This document shows, piece after piece, positions 13,229-26,651 of a stretch of 64,000 nucleotides of DNA (the stretch's first letter is position 1; every line of letters starts with the position of its first letter). A model generated the notes under the pieces. It did no database searches, was not told the DNA's origin, and saw nothing but the letters and a program-made list of their open reading frames with translations. Origin of the DNA: Strigamia acuminata (lineage: Eukaryota); assembly GCA_949358305.1 (NCBI GenBank), contig OX442314.1:20336001-20400000 (forward strand). The letters run 5' to 3'. Position numbers and translations under genes: made by a program.

Positions 13229-14110
13229 TTATTGGACTGCGGGGGTGTCGCTAACGAGAAGTATTTTAGTAAGTGCCTCTGAAATATCCTGTTGAGCTTT
13301 TTGAGCATTTGGAGATTCCTCACGGTTTGAAATCTCAGTTGAATCTCCATCTTTAGGCGCCTGTGCCTGTTCCTGCGCCTGTAGCACTAATAATAAAAAA
13401 AAATTACAGTGTAATATTTGAATGAAAATGTTTTACCATTCGGAAGTTACCTAATTCTTCAGGATTGCCCATTCCCACTACGTTAATCGGTACCCCGCCT
13501 TCAGGGGGCGAATAATTCGGACTTTGTGGTAGTCGAGCACATCCGGTGTAGTACGCAGGTGCAGGAGAACAGATATCAACGGGAGGTAAGCTGGGCGCTG
13601 CGAGCAAACGTCGTTTTTCATCTACACTCATATGTTGCAGGTCTTCTGCATTGAGAGTAAGGTATGGTGGCAACTGATCAGCCCTGATTACGATTGTATT
13701 TCCAGTATTCATGTGAAGATTTCCCTCATCTTCTGCTTCGTTCGGTGGCCCACCATTGAGGGCTTCCCTTTTCATTCGTCGTCTTGTGCGACACATTTCA
13801 AATACTCCCATGTACAGAAGACCACCAATAGCCATAAACATTGGGCCCATTACTAATATGGGGTTTCTGCGTCCAGCTATTTTTTAAAATAAAAATTAAA
13901 TTAAATTAAATAAATATAAAAATAAAAGTATTTACCTTCCACAAATGCGAGTGCTACTATTGTTTGAAATAGTCCAATGAGGAAAAAAAGTGTAGCCACA
14001 AAACTGAGGCAACACATGGTGCAACATTTTGGTTTTCTCGCATATGACACTGGATAATGGTTTGGATCTATTTCAGCGATTATAGTGATGTTTTGCTTGG
14101 GAATAGTCAT
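13229..14110 (-). CDS. Small two-TM membrane protein with proline-rich tail (exons about 14110-13937, 13876-13451, 13386-13229)
   Basis: KCCTMCC cluster, TM1 (LSFVATLFFLIGLFQTIVALAF), TM2 (ILVMGPMFMAIGGLLYMGVF), RTRRR, then LPPY and PAPAYY motifs. Phase-1 splice junctions are consistent. Confidence 0.75.
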
Positions 14111-15608
14111 TTTGGATTGCTAGATTATTGACTATTCAAATATTTTCAAATATTTTTAAATATTTTCAAGGATTATAACTTGATTTTTTTCCTTTTTATC
14201 GTTGGATGAAAGTTATAACTACCATTTCTCCTGAAAATATACATAGAAATGCGTCTAATAAATAAACTAAGGTGTGTAAATAATCAATTTAAAAAACATT
14301 TTGATTTGAAATGTTGCTAAGATACTGTAACGATATATTTTTAAATCAAATTTATGATGAAAAGTCTCTATGGTGACCTACGATGTTTTCAAACGGTACG
14401 TGCGGTGTCAAATCAAATTATGATTTTGATATACGTGATTATTTCTTAAATTATCTGTGACGCTATTACGGAATTTTGATGTTTTATTCTCTGTTAAACA
14501 TTAAATTTTATTTTTATTTTTTTTATTTTTTTAATTTTAATTAACAACTAGAATATTGCACGAGTTACGAATGGATCCACAACACTATAAGTACTTATCA
14601 ATGTATTTCTTCTATACCGGTGCTGTAAAACATAATTTCCCCCTTTTTTGTTGCTTTACAACAACACTTGTTGCCACAACTTAGAAGTCATACTTTAAGC
14701 CTAGACATTTACATTACAACTATAATCAATATTCAGCGAGCGATTTTTTAATTCCTAACGACAATAAGATAGGATCAAGTTAAAGTAACTAATAAAACAA
14801 AATTTAACATTCTACAGAATTATAAAACCATCACGTCAATATTATTATTTCAACTTACCACTGCTTTATCGTGTAATTGGCCGATTACCTGTTACAGATG
14901 CGGCGACAACGACAAGATACCTTGTTTACGGGGAGTAACAAGTGCGTCTCTATGACTACTAAAATTGCAATAAAATAATAATAATAATAATAAGGTGATT
15001 ACCTTAGTAAGAAGTTTGACCTTTTTGTATTGAATTCTAATTTTAATTAAAAAATCTCACTAAAATGATTACAATTTTCTTTAATTGAAATTTCGTACTC
15101 AATAGCAGTTACAGCATTCTTCAACAAACATATTTACATTGGAAAGACACAAAAAGAATTTATATAAATACATCGTGAATGAATTTTTTTGTTTTTCTCA
15201 AATTTTTGATTTATCAAAAAATATCACAAAAAAAACAACAAATAGCTACATGACAAGACATATTTCTTCTTATTGAAATTACAACATCAATTTAATAACA
15301 TACAATGGAAATTTTGTAAAGAATACTCAAATTGCAAAAATCAGATATAACAAAATCAAAAAACAAATATCAGAAATGTTTGCAGAAATTAATGCCACAA
15401 AAGTAATACCTAAAAATAGTTTTACAACAGTTCTCTGTTAAAGCTAATCGGTTAATAAGACTACAAGTTATAATAAAAATACTGAACATAATTTATGCAG
15501 CCTAAAAAAAGAATATTTCGGCAAATAAAATTTTTACCCGTATTTCTCTTTTTTAATTTCTCATTTCAATGGGACAGTGAGAAATCGCGTAGAATTTTAA
15601 AGCCATTT

Positions 15609-15633
15609 TAATAATTAATAATAATAATTAATG

Positions 15634-15669
<36 letters not shown>

Positions 15670-15675
15670 TAATAA
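15609..15675. repeat. (AAT)n microsatellite
   Basis: Imperfect run of AAT units downstream of NUBP2. Confidence 0.9.
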
Positions 15676-15753
15676 TTGGAAGTTTGCGCAAAACTTTTAC
15701 AGTTGTTGATTTTGCTACCTTTTTTTGATAATTTATTACGAGTAATAAATCGG

Positions 15754-17369
15754 TCACTTATTAGTATTTAATAATAAAGTTTTGCCAATGGTTTGAAATG
15801 CTTCAGCAGCACTTGAGGTTGGATATTTTTCTATGAAACTGTGACCATCTTCGAGGCATTGAGCTAATTTAACATCAATTGGCACACAACCTTTAAAAAA
15901 AAAAAAAAAGCAATATAATTTTTCATTAAAAAAACTTAATAATTTTAATATAAAGCTTACCCAAAAATGGAATATTTGCAGTATTTGCCAAACTCTCCCC
16001 ACCACCCTTGGAAAATAAGTTAGAACATTCCTGAAAAAAAAATCAAAACATATTACCAAAAAATCAAAAATTAGCATTTTCCCTCCATTACCTTGCAATG
16101 CGGGCAGATAAACCCACTGAGATTTTCAATTATACCTAAAACTGGAATACCAGTTTTCTCACAAAATGTAATCTCACGTCGAACATCATTCACCGCAACT
16201 GCCTAAATTTACAAACAAATAAATATCAATAAAACTGAAATTTCATTAAATAAAAGTGTAACACAAACCTGCGGTGTGGTGACCAAAACAGCACCATCGG
16301 GACGAAATGAATGAAGCGTTTCCATCACAGCTAAATGTTCATCAGATGTCCCAGGCGGAGTATCAATGATCAAGTAATCAATTTCACCCCAGTATACATC
16401 AGTGAGGAATTGTTTAATCATGGCTAAATCAACAAAACATCACATTAAGTAATTTCAAGATAGCCATCTTTAAAAAAAAAATTATTTATATATTTTTAAA
16501 AATAGTTTAATTTCTGGTTTTTCTGACACCAGGACTTAAATTAAGCTTACTAAAATATGTAAAATGACTATATTAAAATGAAAAGATAAAATAAATCAAT
16601 AAAAATACCATTTTTCTTCGGTCCTCGCCAAATAACCGCATTATCACGACTGGCTAAAAGAAATCCAATTGACATCACGGAAAGTGTTTGCTCCTCATCA
16701 GCGTAAACCGGCACCCAACTAAGCACCGACAAAATAAATAATTTATAAAAATTTTTAAAAAAATAAAATTTTTCATTTTTCCCTACCCTTGAGCACATTG
16801 ATGCACATCCTTTTTCTCAAGATTTAACATTCGTGGGATACTCGGACCGCATAAATCAACATCCAGTATACCAACCTATTCAGGATTTAATTTTTTTTAA
16901 AAATAATAACACATAGAAAATAAATTAACTGCATTTACCTTTTTGCCAGTGAGTTTTAATGTCACCGCCAACATTGTGGCCACCGTACTTTTCCCGACAC
17001 CTCCTTTACCGGATAAAACCAAAATAACATGCTTTACACCGGGTAATATGTTTTCTGAAAGAAAAAGAAAACCTTATTAATCTTATGTTACTAAATCGCT
17101 GTTGTTTTGTTGTCTCTTTTTTTTTTAAATAATTTTTTTCTTAAATTTTTTTTTTCATTTAGCGCCGAGTTGAGCGTAAACAAAATTTTCGGATCAAAAA
17201 TACAAGACTTCGAAGCAATATTTTAAGTAAGATGCATTACTATTACTTGAAATTGACATTAAATAAATGAATGTAGTATTAAAAAATAAGCAAATGAAGC
17301 CAATGGATCATCTATAAATGATCATTGAAGCCGCACATGGGTTTTACCTCCTTCTGTCGTCGCTGCCAT
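15754..17369 (-). CDS. NUBP2: Cytosolic Fe-S cluster assembly factor NUBP2/Cfd1, multi-exon
   Basis: [74 protein letters not shown]. It lacks the N-terminal Cys/ferredoxin motif of NUBP1. Confidence 0.95.
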
Positions 17370-17399
17370 GTTCCTTTTAATAAATGTCACCAGGGTTCT

Positions 17400-17880
17400 G
17401 AATAATACCTGCAGGAGCTAAGCTCCGCAGCCATTTTTATTATGGGCGGGACGAACGATCGCTCAGCATTATGGGACAGCTTCCTACTTCCAAGCGAAGC
17501 CACAAGAGCAGACGATTGTCTGTTTTTAGTGAATTCGGGAGAAACGTTTAAATTTTAAATTTTGTAATGTATTTACCAAGACAAACATATCGTTAGTATC
17601 GACTAAACAACATTACAAATTTTATTTTGCGCAAATTTATTACGGGATGTAGCTATAATCTCGTGATGTCGAATCTTAACCAACAGGGCGCTGCAATCGC
17701 TTTGAAATGGTATGACGCAACCGAAGCAGGGCGGAGTTTTGCGAACAGGCTTCGCCACAATTTAATGAGCGTCGTTTCAAACTGTGAGAGAATGCACGTG
17801 ACAGGAGGAAAGGGAGGAAGAAGAGCGTGGACTTGTTTCGTTATAACTGGATTGGCCGGCTGGGACTTCTCCTTTCTTCG
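17400..17880. promoter_or_regulatory. GC-richer, probably bidirectional promoter upstream of NUBP2
   Basis: ZNF143/SBS-like GCATTATGGGA (about 17466), GC boxes GGGCGG (about 17443 and 17729), E-box CACGTG (17795) and CCAAT box ATTGG (17851). Confidence 0.45.
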
Positions 17881-18569
17881 TGTTTTATGGTTTGAAAAGA
17901 TGGAAGATCGTATTAGAACAAAAAAAAGTAAACAGAACAAAGCAAAAATAAAAAAATTCCTAAGCATGTTTTTCTTACGTGTAAAAACATTGCGTCATAT
18001 AGAAACTTCAATATTTTGAAGTAATGGTCGTATTCCAGAAACCAATTAAATTTAATCATCTTTTTCTTAGATTTAATAAAAGTAGCTCTTTTGCTACATA
18101 ATTTTAAAATATCTCGGTTTAAATTCCAGATGTCCATCCAAAATTATTATTTATTTTTATATTTGTTTTAATTTTATGTATTATTTCAGATGCAAAGCGA
18201 TTGTCAAGCTAGGAACTCTTGAAATTGACCAAAAGATGGTCAGAAAATACACGGAAATATTAGCGTCGTATGGTAAGTATAATACATGTTAATATATGTT
18301 TGTATATATTGCTTTATCTCTTAAACTAACGCCACAACTAATTTTTTCTTAAAAAATTTGCCCACTCAAATTTATTGCTATTTTTGTATGTAGGGATGGG
18401 ATAAAAAGTAGGAAGGCTAACTTTCAGGACTGGTCTTGCATGTTAGATCATGCCGCAATATATGAATTCGGATGTTTCTACTGGCGAAATTGCACATTTT
18501 CGCTCTTAGAATTAATGGCATATTTCGCCATCAAATATTTTCGCCGTTGGAACGGTGTACCCTGCAATA

Positions 18570-19323
18570 CACCTGGTGGCCAAAAAAAAACCGGCCCGAC
18601 AATACTGAATGTTCAATTTAATATACATTAGTTGTGGGTTGTGGGCAGTGTTGTTTAATTAACGTTTCTGGTGCAGTTTTTTTCGCTCTTTCATTTAGAG
18701 TTTAGTTTTTGACGATCTGAGCTTTCATTCTCGAAGTATATGCACTTTTAATCAATTTTTGTCTCAATTCAATTCGCCAAGTTTGATTGCACTAGTCATT
18801 CCTGAGTTCAGATTTTGTGGTACTTTTGTGGATTTCATCAGCAGTACCAGTACAGGAATACAGTACTTTTACCTATACCACTTTTTTTGGTACTATACCA
18901 CTTTATCTTAGGTAAAATCTCACAAAATCTTGCAAAATCTTGCAAAATCTCACATAATCTCGCAAAAATCTTACAAAAATCTCACAAAATCTCATTAAAT
19001 CAGCAAAATCTGGCAAAATCTTGCAAACTCGGAAAATACAAAAAGTACTATAAAATCTGAAATTCAGCAATGACCAGTGCAATCAAACTTGGCGAATTGG
19101 GACAATTTGATTAAAATCGCAAATACCTTGAGAATGACAGCTCGGATCTTCAAGAACTAAACACCAAACAAAAGAGTGGAAAAAACTGCACCAGAAACTT
19201 TAATTTAACAACTGCCCACAACTAATGATTAATATATATTTAATTGAACAATGTATACATTTTTTTTAGACACCCTTAGTAACCATCCTTGTATTGTCGG
19301 GCCGGTTTTATTTGGGCCACCCG
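18570..19323. mobile_element. Non-autonomous DNA transposon (MITE/foldback, Tc1/mariner-like ends) with about 260 bp inverted arms
   Basis: The left arm GGTGGCCAAAAAAAAACCGGCCCGACAATAC...TTCGCCAAGTTTGATTGCACT mirrors the right arm AGTGCAATCAAACTTGGCGAA...GTATTGTCGGGCCGGTTTTATTTGGGCCACC. TA precedes the left end. The centre has 10-bp AAAATCTYRC tandem repeats (about 18914-19025). Confidence 0.85.
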
Positions 19324-19992
19324 ATCATGGCTGGACTGGGTACAAATTTAGTATCGTGAAATCTGGATGGGTCGGGCCACAGGGACAGGCTACTGTGGGC
19401 CAGGGACCATTATACACAGTATTGAATGCCATACAACCTCGGAAACAATTCAATTACTTCATGAGACATCACCGGTTTCGGTGATCAGAATTGGCCCCTT
19501 TTTCTTGCACCGCCTTGTTGAAACCACATATTGGCCACATCAAAATAATCCAATTTCGGCAGATAAAACCCTAAACTTTCAGCTGTCAAATCGATGTTGT
19601 TTCAGGGTTGCCAACAATTTACTGCACAAATGACGGTTAATTCAAATCTTGCGTTATTTTTGGGACACCCTTTATATCTGGAAAATTACAGTATATCACT
19701 AGGATGCCGTCCTTATGAGCCAGAGACCTGAAGATTTTTATATGCTTATTTCTCAGCTTCCATTTTGACCAGTATATGGATTGTTGGGATGATTGTTGTT
19801 GCTGCTGCAATTCCAGAAGGATTTGAAATGTGTGTGCGGAGCAAAGGAAGTATCTGATGGATATCATTTTCCAGACGTAGAATGGCATTCCAAACTTTAT
19901 AAAAATGTTTTAGTTTAAAATACAAATTTTAATTACGGTAGTAATAGAGTAAATACATTATAAAAATTGTCATGTCTCTGGCTCAACCTGTA

Positions 19993-20678
19993 TAGGGATT
20001 GCAGTACCAGTTTCAGTATCGGTTTCAGTACCGGGATTCAGTACCAGTCTTGGTACCAAGGTTTTTTTCTGTCGGTACTGAGGACCGGTACTAGTACCGT
20101 AAGCTTTTCTTGGTACCGGAACCGTTCCTCACACCGGAACTGGAACCGGTACTTTCCATCATCATAAACAGCACAACAACGCCACCTACTACCAGCATTT
20201 CTACTGATGTAGGAAGTGACAAATTTTATTTCACTCGTTATTTACTCATTCCAGCTGGAAACATTTTCTTTTTTAAAATTAATTTGGAAATAGTAATAAT
20301 GGCATATGGCTGATCTAAGACAAAGTCCGGAAGTTCCTACTCCGGCAGTGTCTACGCCGGAAGTTTCTACAAACAAAAATCCAGTGTGGGTGACCAGTCT
20401 CTAGATTCATTGTGCTTTTTACATTCATATTTTCAAGAATAAATTGTAGTACTACAGTATTATCTAATTATACATGACAAATAAATATTTTTGTTGAGAA
20501 ATAGATTGACTATCCAGAACCGGTACCAATACCGGTGGCAGTACCGCTCTCGGTAGTAGTACCGGCCCCAATACCGGTGCTCATTTTTCATTCGGTACCG
20601 GAACCGAATCTAGTACCGGAAAAAAATGTCAGTACCGAATACCGGTACCATGAAAACTGTCCGGTACTGCAATCTCTA
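19993..20678. mobile_element. Non-autonomous hAT-superfamily element (686 bp)
   Basis: TIRs TAGGGATTGCAGTACC / GGTACTGCAATCTCTA, perfect 8-bp TSD AACCTGTA (19985-19992 and 20679-20686), dense subterminal GTACCGG repeats at both ends. Confidence 0.93.
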
Positions 20679-22285
20679 AACCTGTACAATCGTTGCATTT
20701 CAACGGTAAAGTGGCGGACCGGCAGACTGGCACCGGTCTGGGAATCACGAGAAGCACTGCAATAAACAATTTTAGACTTTTGTGATTTCGAAAATTTATG
20801 TTTGAATTTGGCGTCAAGATGCCAGACGCAGACTACTGGCTCGGAATCAAGACGGACCCATGAAAATTTGAGAGTTAGTTTACGTCTGGTGAAAATTACT
20901 TCAGGTCTGTACTGTGCTGCTGAGTCAAAACCAGATACACAAATGTATTGGTTGACTGGAGCCTCAGATTGGAGAACAACCACAATGGTGAGGATTGCAA
21001 AAAACAATTCTTAGTGATAATACCCCAGCTTTCCATTCAGCAGAATTTCAATCAAATGCTACCAATCGATAAACAGCAGTATTCCATCTTGTTTGCGCAC
21101 TACAGAACTGAATCCTTAGGTATCTGTTGCAATGAACTTTGTACAGATTAATTAAGCAAAGAAAAAAAAAACGTCCAAATTTGAATATTTTGTTTCTTTA
21201 ACGGAATTCACGAATTTTATGGGAAACCATCATAATATATCTTTTTCACTCTTGGCAATTCAGATGCGACTTTGGGTCCCCTGAGCCCTTTTGAGAACTA
21301 TTTTGCTTGGCTCATTTCACCAACTGAGAAGTATCTTTCAGCCAAAAGATACGTAAATATCAAGAGACACCGGATTAAATTCATCTAACATTTAACAAAT
21401 CATCTATATCTAGCAGCAGGAAAGTGATGGGAGTTTTACCTTGAACTTCTTGAAAGCTTTATGTGGTGGTGACATGTTGCTGGGACATGGTATTGTTATA
21501 TTGAGTATAGCTTTAAAATTACGGCCTACAATGACGTCATTTGGCACCATTTCAGTCGAGATCCCAATGATTGAATGATGTACAAAGGTTTTTAACCCTT
21601 GACAAAACCTTGACACGCACGTAAAACATTTATTAATTTTAATTTTATGAAAAGAACCGTGACTTTTGCCTTTCTGAAACTATCAACGCTTTAACGACTG
21701 AAATGTGAGAAGATTTCCTTGAAATTGTTTTTTCCACTTACCCAATTCGTCTAAAATAAAATATTTTCCATCAAAATTATATTAGAATTGTTAACAAATC
21801 TTAATATTTAAAAAAAAGGGGTTAGATTTCCTTTTGATTTTTTTGGCTGCACACTTATTTTTCATGCATCTAAATTTAACCTTAGTTATGTTGCAAGACC
21901 TAAATTCAAGCCAACGTTCAAGTTTCGCCACAACATTTTTATTCAACAAAAATTCTTAAACTTAAGCAATTTTTATACATGTTTTAACTTTTTTTTCTCT
22001 AAAATCTAAAAGCCCTTTGATGTATCACACAATAATTACATAATATATTTGTTTATTCAAATAAATAACTTTGTTTAAAAAAAAAAAGAAAAAGGAAAAT
22101 CAACACGTAGAAAAAATTAAAATTTAAAATTAACATTTTCATATGAACACAATTCTTCTCTTTGGTTTTACATTAAACCCGAATCAAAGCATCGTACACA
22201 CACTTTTGGAAAATAAAAATTTAACAAAAAAAAATTTCTTAACTCCCCAAAGCACAAAAGGAGAGAAATAAAATTTAAAAAACAG

Positions 22286-22458
22286 TAGGTGCATTCAATT
22301 CTGGGAAGACAAGTGACTCATTCTCCTTAAATGCCTCGTAGAAGGCGGGAAGTGACGAAAAATACGAATATTCCACATTTGGTTGTAAAATTAATGCGTT
22401 CAGTCATAATCGACTTCTTGAAGCGACTTCTCCTTTTACAAACAATTGAATGCACCTA
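22286..22458. mobile_element. Short MITE with 15-bp TIR (Harbinger-like ends) in the 3' region of the BAG gene
   Basis: TAGGTGCATTCAATT (22286-22300) and AATTGAATGCACCTA (22444-22458) are perfect inverted repeats. Confidence 0.65.
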
Positions 22459-22685
22459 TAATATTACAAAAAAAATTGAAAAAATTCAATTAAAGCAACA
22501 ATAATTCAACAGAACCGAGAGAGCCGACATTGAAATGCTGAAATTTAATATTTGAATCTTAATTTTTAAAAATTAGCATTCTATTCACTTTGTTCTGATT
22601 AATTTCTAACTTCCTATGGATTTATAAATATTTTCGATAAATATTCACATTGCCAGCCCCCTCGAATAAGACTCTAATGAAACCA

Positions 22686-25600
22686 CTATGTGATTTGCAA
22701 GCTTAATGTTGTAGTGAAAGTTTTTGGTTCATTATCATCATTTTCCATTTTCGAGTCTGTTTTATCCTGCTCACATTTCTCGGTCGTTTCCTTGCTCATG
22801 TTTTCCATATCAACATCTCCCTTAATTGGCTCGGCTATTTTATCATTAACACCCATGCACTTCTCAGTCTCCATTTGCACATTTTCTTGTCCGACCTCGC
22901 TATTCGCCGAATTCTCAGACCCCTTTTCTGCAACATCCGTTTTCTCGGCTTCAGAATCACATTCCATTTTATTAATTTGAGTATTTTCTACGCTTTCGCC
23001 CTTCCTTTCAATATTTGCATCCGCCTCCTGATGGACAACCACAACATTAGCTTCGAGTACGTGAATACAGTCATTGACTCTTTTGATAGCCGTCTTCCTG
23101 GCTTGTCTGAGTTCACTATTCCCTTCAGCAACGATATCATCTAACTTGATTAAATGTCTGGTCAACATTTCATCCAAAAACAGATACTCCTTGTCAGCCC
23201 TGGTTCCTTTGAACTTTTCAACTTGAGGTTTAAGCCGTTCCAAATCGAGCAAAGTAGTTTCTATCACAATCATTTGGGTCGGTTTAGCCGAAGATGGCGG
23301 CGGCGTAGCCGGCTTTGCTTCTGGTTTAGAATCCTCTTTCGCATCGCCGTTCACTTGCGTCGGAATGATGTGCACGCTGGATTTGCCTTTCCGTGGAACG
23401 GTTTTTGGCGACTGTGGCTGCGCTTGTGGCTGCGCTTGTTGTTGTGGTTGCGGCGAAGGCGAAGGCGTCTTTAAATTGCCTTTTCGCGGCGTGTTCGCGT
23501 CCTGTTGGCCGGGCATCTCCTCGTCGCGTGCTTCGACTCTGATAGGAATATGATGTACTTTGGGTTGGCGTTTAGCGGTTTGCGGATTGCCCGAATTCAC
23601 TTTGGACGTGACACCGGCGTGTTTCTCAACTCCGGGCGCGGGAACGGGCGATTCTGGTTCGTTATGCTCTTCGTTCGAAGGCGTACTGGATCGTGAAGAG
23701 CCTTCGTGTTTGACTCGGGTTGGGATCCCACCATTCGCATCCATGGAGCGGAAAAACGATTGAGAGCCGGGACTTCCCGACTGAGGAGTAGGCGAGTGAT
23801 GGGAATCGGGAGAGTAACCTCGACTCATTCGGGGATCATCGTCATCCATCCAGCGCCGGTTACGAAAAAATGGTTCGTCGTCGAGGTTTCGAGAACGAAA
23901 TGCTGGTCTCATGTTCGAGCGTGGAGAGTCGAATGAACTGGAGCTGAACTGCAAAACGAATAAAAAAGAAAAAATTATTATTCGTTTATTTTTATTTATA
24001 TTATCTATCAATCTCCTGCATGTTTTTTCATCCGGTTAAAGATTGTTGGGTAATCATTTTGTAACAATGGCGGCTATTTTTATTTTTATTTTTTCCCCCA
24101 CTTGGAAACCTTGCCAGACATGTGGATGAGAAATCGAGTCGCAATCTTGAATAACATCGAACTAGTGGCAATCAGCCCTAATGACCTAATAGTTCTGCTA
24201 GGTTGCGCTTGCTTTAGGAACTGTTCTGGTGTTTTAACATTTAAATAATAGGTGCATTCAAATTGGTTAAGGTTAAGCAAATACTTAAAGTTTGCTTGTG
24301 CGCAGCTGAGATCTGAATGATTGTTCAACCGAGCATGCGCAAATCGCATCATTTTGATAAGTAAAGGAAATTTAAAGTTAAGCAAAATAAATGGACGAAA
24401 ATATGATGTAAAAACCGTCATATCCTGAAGTGAAAATTAAGTTACCAACTTAATACAGATTTGAACGCTCCCAATAAAAAATAAGTGGACAAAAACTAAA
24501 AATTGGTTACTCGGCCAGTTCTTGTTTAATTTGAGCTAGATTTAGCCCGAGGCAATAAATGTGATTGTGTTCTACAAATCCCACTGGGTGTGTACCCATA
24601 TACGTACAAGTGACCTTGCCACATGTCAATGGAAAACTACCAGTCTACCAATATTCGGACTAGAATATGTTTATAACCAAAATTTAATGGGAAATAATTG
24701 ATATCCTGCGTGAATAAGTTAAAAAAAATTGTTGCTATGAGAAGTGGAAACCATACACTGGTTTAATACAGGAAACTAGTTTATATAATAGTTCGAGTCC
24801 TCCTGTGTCTAACGCCTCAAATTTGCGCACCAGAAAGATTCTTTTTCCAATGTTTCACTTGTAATCTGAGCTTGAAACTTAAAAAGGCTTACCACAGACG
24901 AAAGCGAGTGTAGAATATCCCCCAAAAAGTCAACTTGAAACACATTAATGGATAAAATATACGATGGGAAGCAATGAAACAGCTTTTTTTTTCTCTCACT
25001 TCACAGGTGACCTACTTTTATAAATATCTATGCATTATGCAATTTAAACCAATTTCCCTTCAATTTTTTTTGTCGTTTTTGGTCCCCCTTAGTGTTTAGA
25101 TGATACACGAGATTTTACGAGATTTTTTTGTACAGTACCTTTTCTCACCTATGCAGACAGCAGACTGATCGAAAATGGAATTTTTATTGTGGGCAACTTT
25201 TTAAGTTTTCAAACTCCAATCAAAACCTTTTGACGTGGGTTCGTCACGTGAATGAGGAAATTCTTGGCAAAGGAACAGGAAGATATGACTCAACTTGGCA
25301 AAGAATTGACTTATCTTGTCAAAAGTATGTTGACTGCCGAGCTTGTAATAAACAGGAACAAATCAAAACAAAATAACTGGAATCAATTAATTGCAAGCGG
25401 AAGTCGCAACCGGAGATTAGGAAACATTTAAAAAAAAATGATGATATTGAACGGTGAATGATTATTTTCTCTCGTTTGCAGGAAAAAAAATGAAGAATTT
25501 GTTCTCGCTTTACCGGCCTCGAAACAATCGATTTTTCTCCCACCCCGTATCGGGCTATGACGCAACAATAGAAGTGAATTAGATCAAGCCGAAATCGCGA

Positions 25601-25851
25601 GTTGTTGGGATTGAATTTTGCTAGACTTGACGGAATAAATGAAACCAGAAACCACCCGAAAAAAGAAGCAGGAGTTGTGTTTCTAATATTAGATGTAAAA
25701 ATTTTCTTACTCTACTACTGGTTCTGGGAAAAGTCCAAGATGGGTCGTCAAATCCAAACATGTCATTCGAATCGGGCGAAACGTCCTCGAATAACGTGGT
25801 GCGTGGTTTGAAACGACGAAAATGTGATGAGAATGGTCGTTGCTGAGACAT
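22686..25851 (-). CDS. BAG-domain Hsp70 co-chaperone, BAG3/starvin-like (exons 25851-25711 and 23948-22686)
   Basis: BAG domain (VEKFKGTRADKEYLFLDEMLTRHLIKLDDIVAEGNSELRQARKTAIKRVNDCIHVLE), IPV-like motifs (HHIPIRVE, HIIPTQV), PxxP-rich linker. Phase-0 intron AGA|gtaag...gcag|TTC. No WW domain seen. Confidence 0.88.
24249..24472. mobile_element. Degenerate MITE with ends related to the 22286 element, in the BAG intron
   Basis: Starts TAGGTGCATTCAAAT and ends ATTTGAACGCTCCC (imperfect inverted copy). Confidence 0.45.
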
Positions 25852-25884
25852 ATTTCAACCCTCTTGGAATGTCGAGTATGTACT

Positions 25885-25899
25885 AGAAGTTTCTCGAAA
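25885..25899. promoter_or_regulatory. Heat shock element (three perfect nGAAn units) upstream of the BAG gene ATG
   Basis: aGAAg tTTCt cGAAa, 34 bp upstream of the start codon. Confidence 0.7.
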
Positions 25900-26651
25900 G
25901 CTCCATTACATACCCAGCCAACCAGCGACCAAGTAGAGTTTGTTATTTGATGTCATCACGCATCAATTTAGCGATTGGAAGGACATCAGGTGTTGAATTC
26001 GAATAGAAAAACACAATTGGACTGGAAGATGAAGGAAGTACCGACATCTCGTGTTGAATTATGGCCCTTAAAAATAAAGTTCAAGTATGCTGGAAAAAGA
26101 AGAAAATTGTGAAAATTATGGAAATTCTCGTCGAAATAAAGAGAGAAAGTTTTGTCGAATATTTTATTTCAAAATTCGAAATCGGTATAAAAAATTTCAA
26201 GCAAATAACAGACATTTTACGAAATGATATTTTTTTCAGCGGCATCGTGCGAATATTAATGAAACTTCCGAATGAAAAAAGATCCGCCGAAGATTGATTT
26301 TTTTTCCATCTACCTGATATTTCAATCTACCACATTACATTTATAATGAATTGTGACGTGGAATGACGTCATTCAACAAGATGAGTCGTGTTGGGCAGAG
26401 CAGCATCCACCACATTCAACACTGGAAGATGAGGTTCAAATGAGGGTAAATAAAACCCACCTTCCGATTTCTTCTTTCCATTCATTATTTATGTTACAAT
26501 CGTAGTAAATTTAAACTTTTCAGCCAAAAAATACATCCCAACATTTGCTTTTTATACATTTTAGATGAAAAATGGCCTCTATCGGGATGCACCGATATTA
26601 TAAAACAAGAAAAATTAAAATTTCCCAAAGAAAATAACAATAATAATAATA

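Noticed and set aside
17701..17781. SECIS, snRNA or RNase MRP identity for the hairpin
   Set aside because: It lacks SECIS geometry, an Sm site and the MRP P4 partner sequence. Kept only as an unexplained structure.
19993..20678. CRISPR-like or coding repeat array (ORFs at 19967-20817)
   Set aside because: The repeats are irregular subterminal motifs inside a TIR/TSD-bounded hAT element, with no spacer periodicity and no cas genes.
20588..21616. RNase H or transposase remnant in ORFs 20588-21007 and 21410-21616
   Set aside because: Only a faint resemblance (ELFFAIL...DS...WV) with no convincing catalytic motif spacing. It cannot be supported without a profile search.
22690..23936. Multiple plus-strand ORFs over the BAG exon (likewise 61363-62762)
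   Set aside because: Antisense shadows of GC-rich, low-complexity coding exons.
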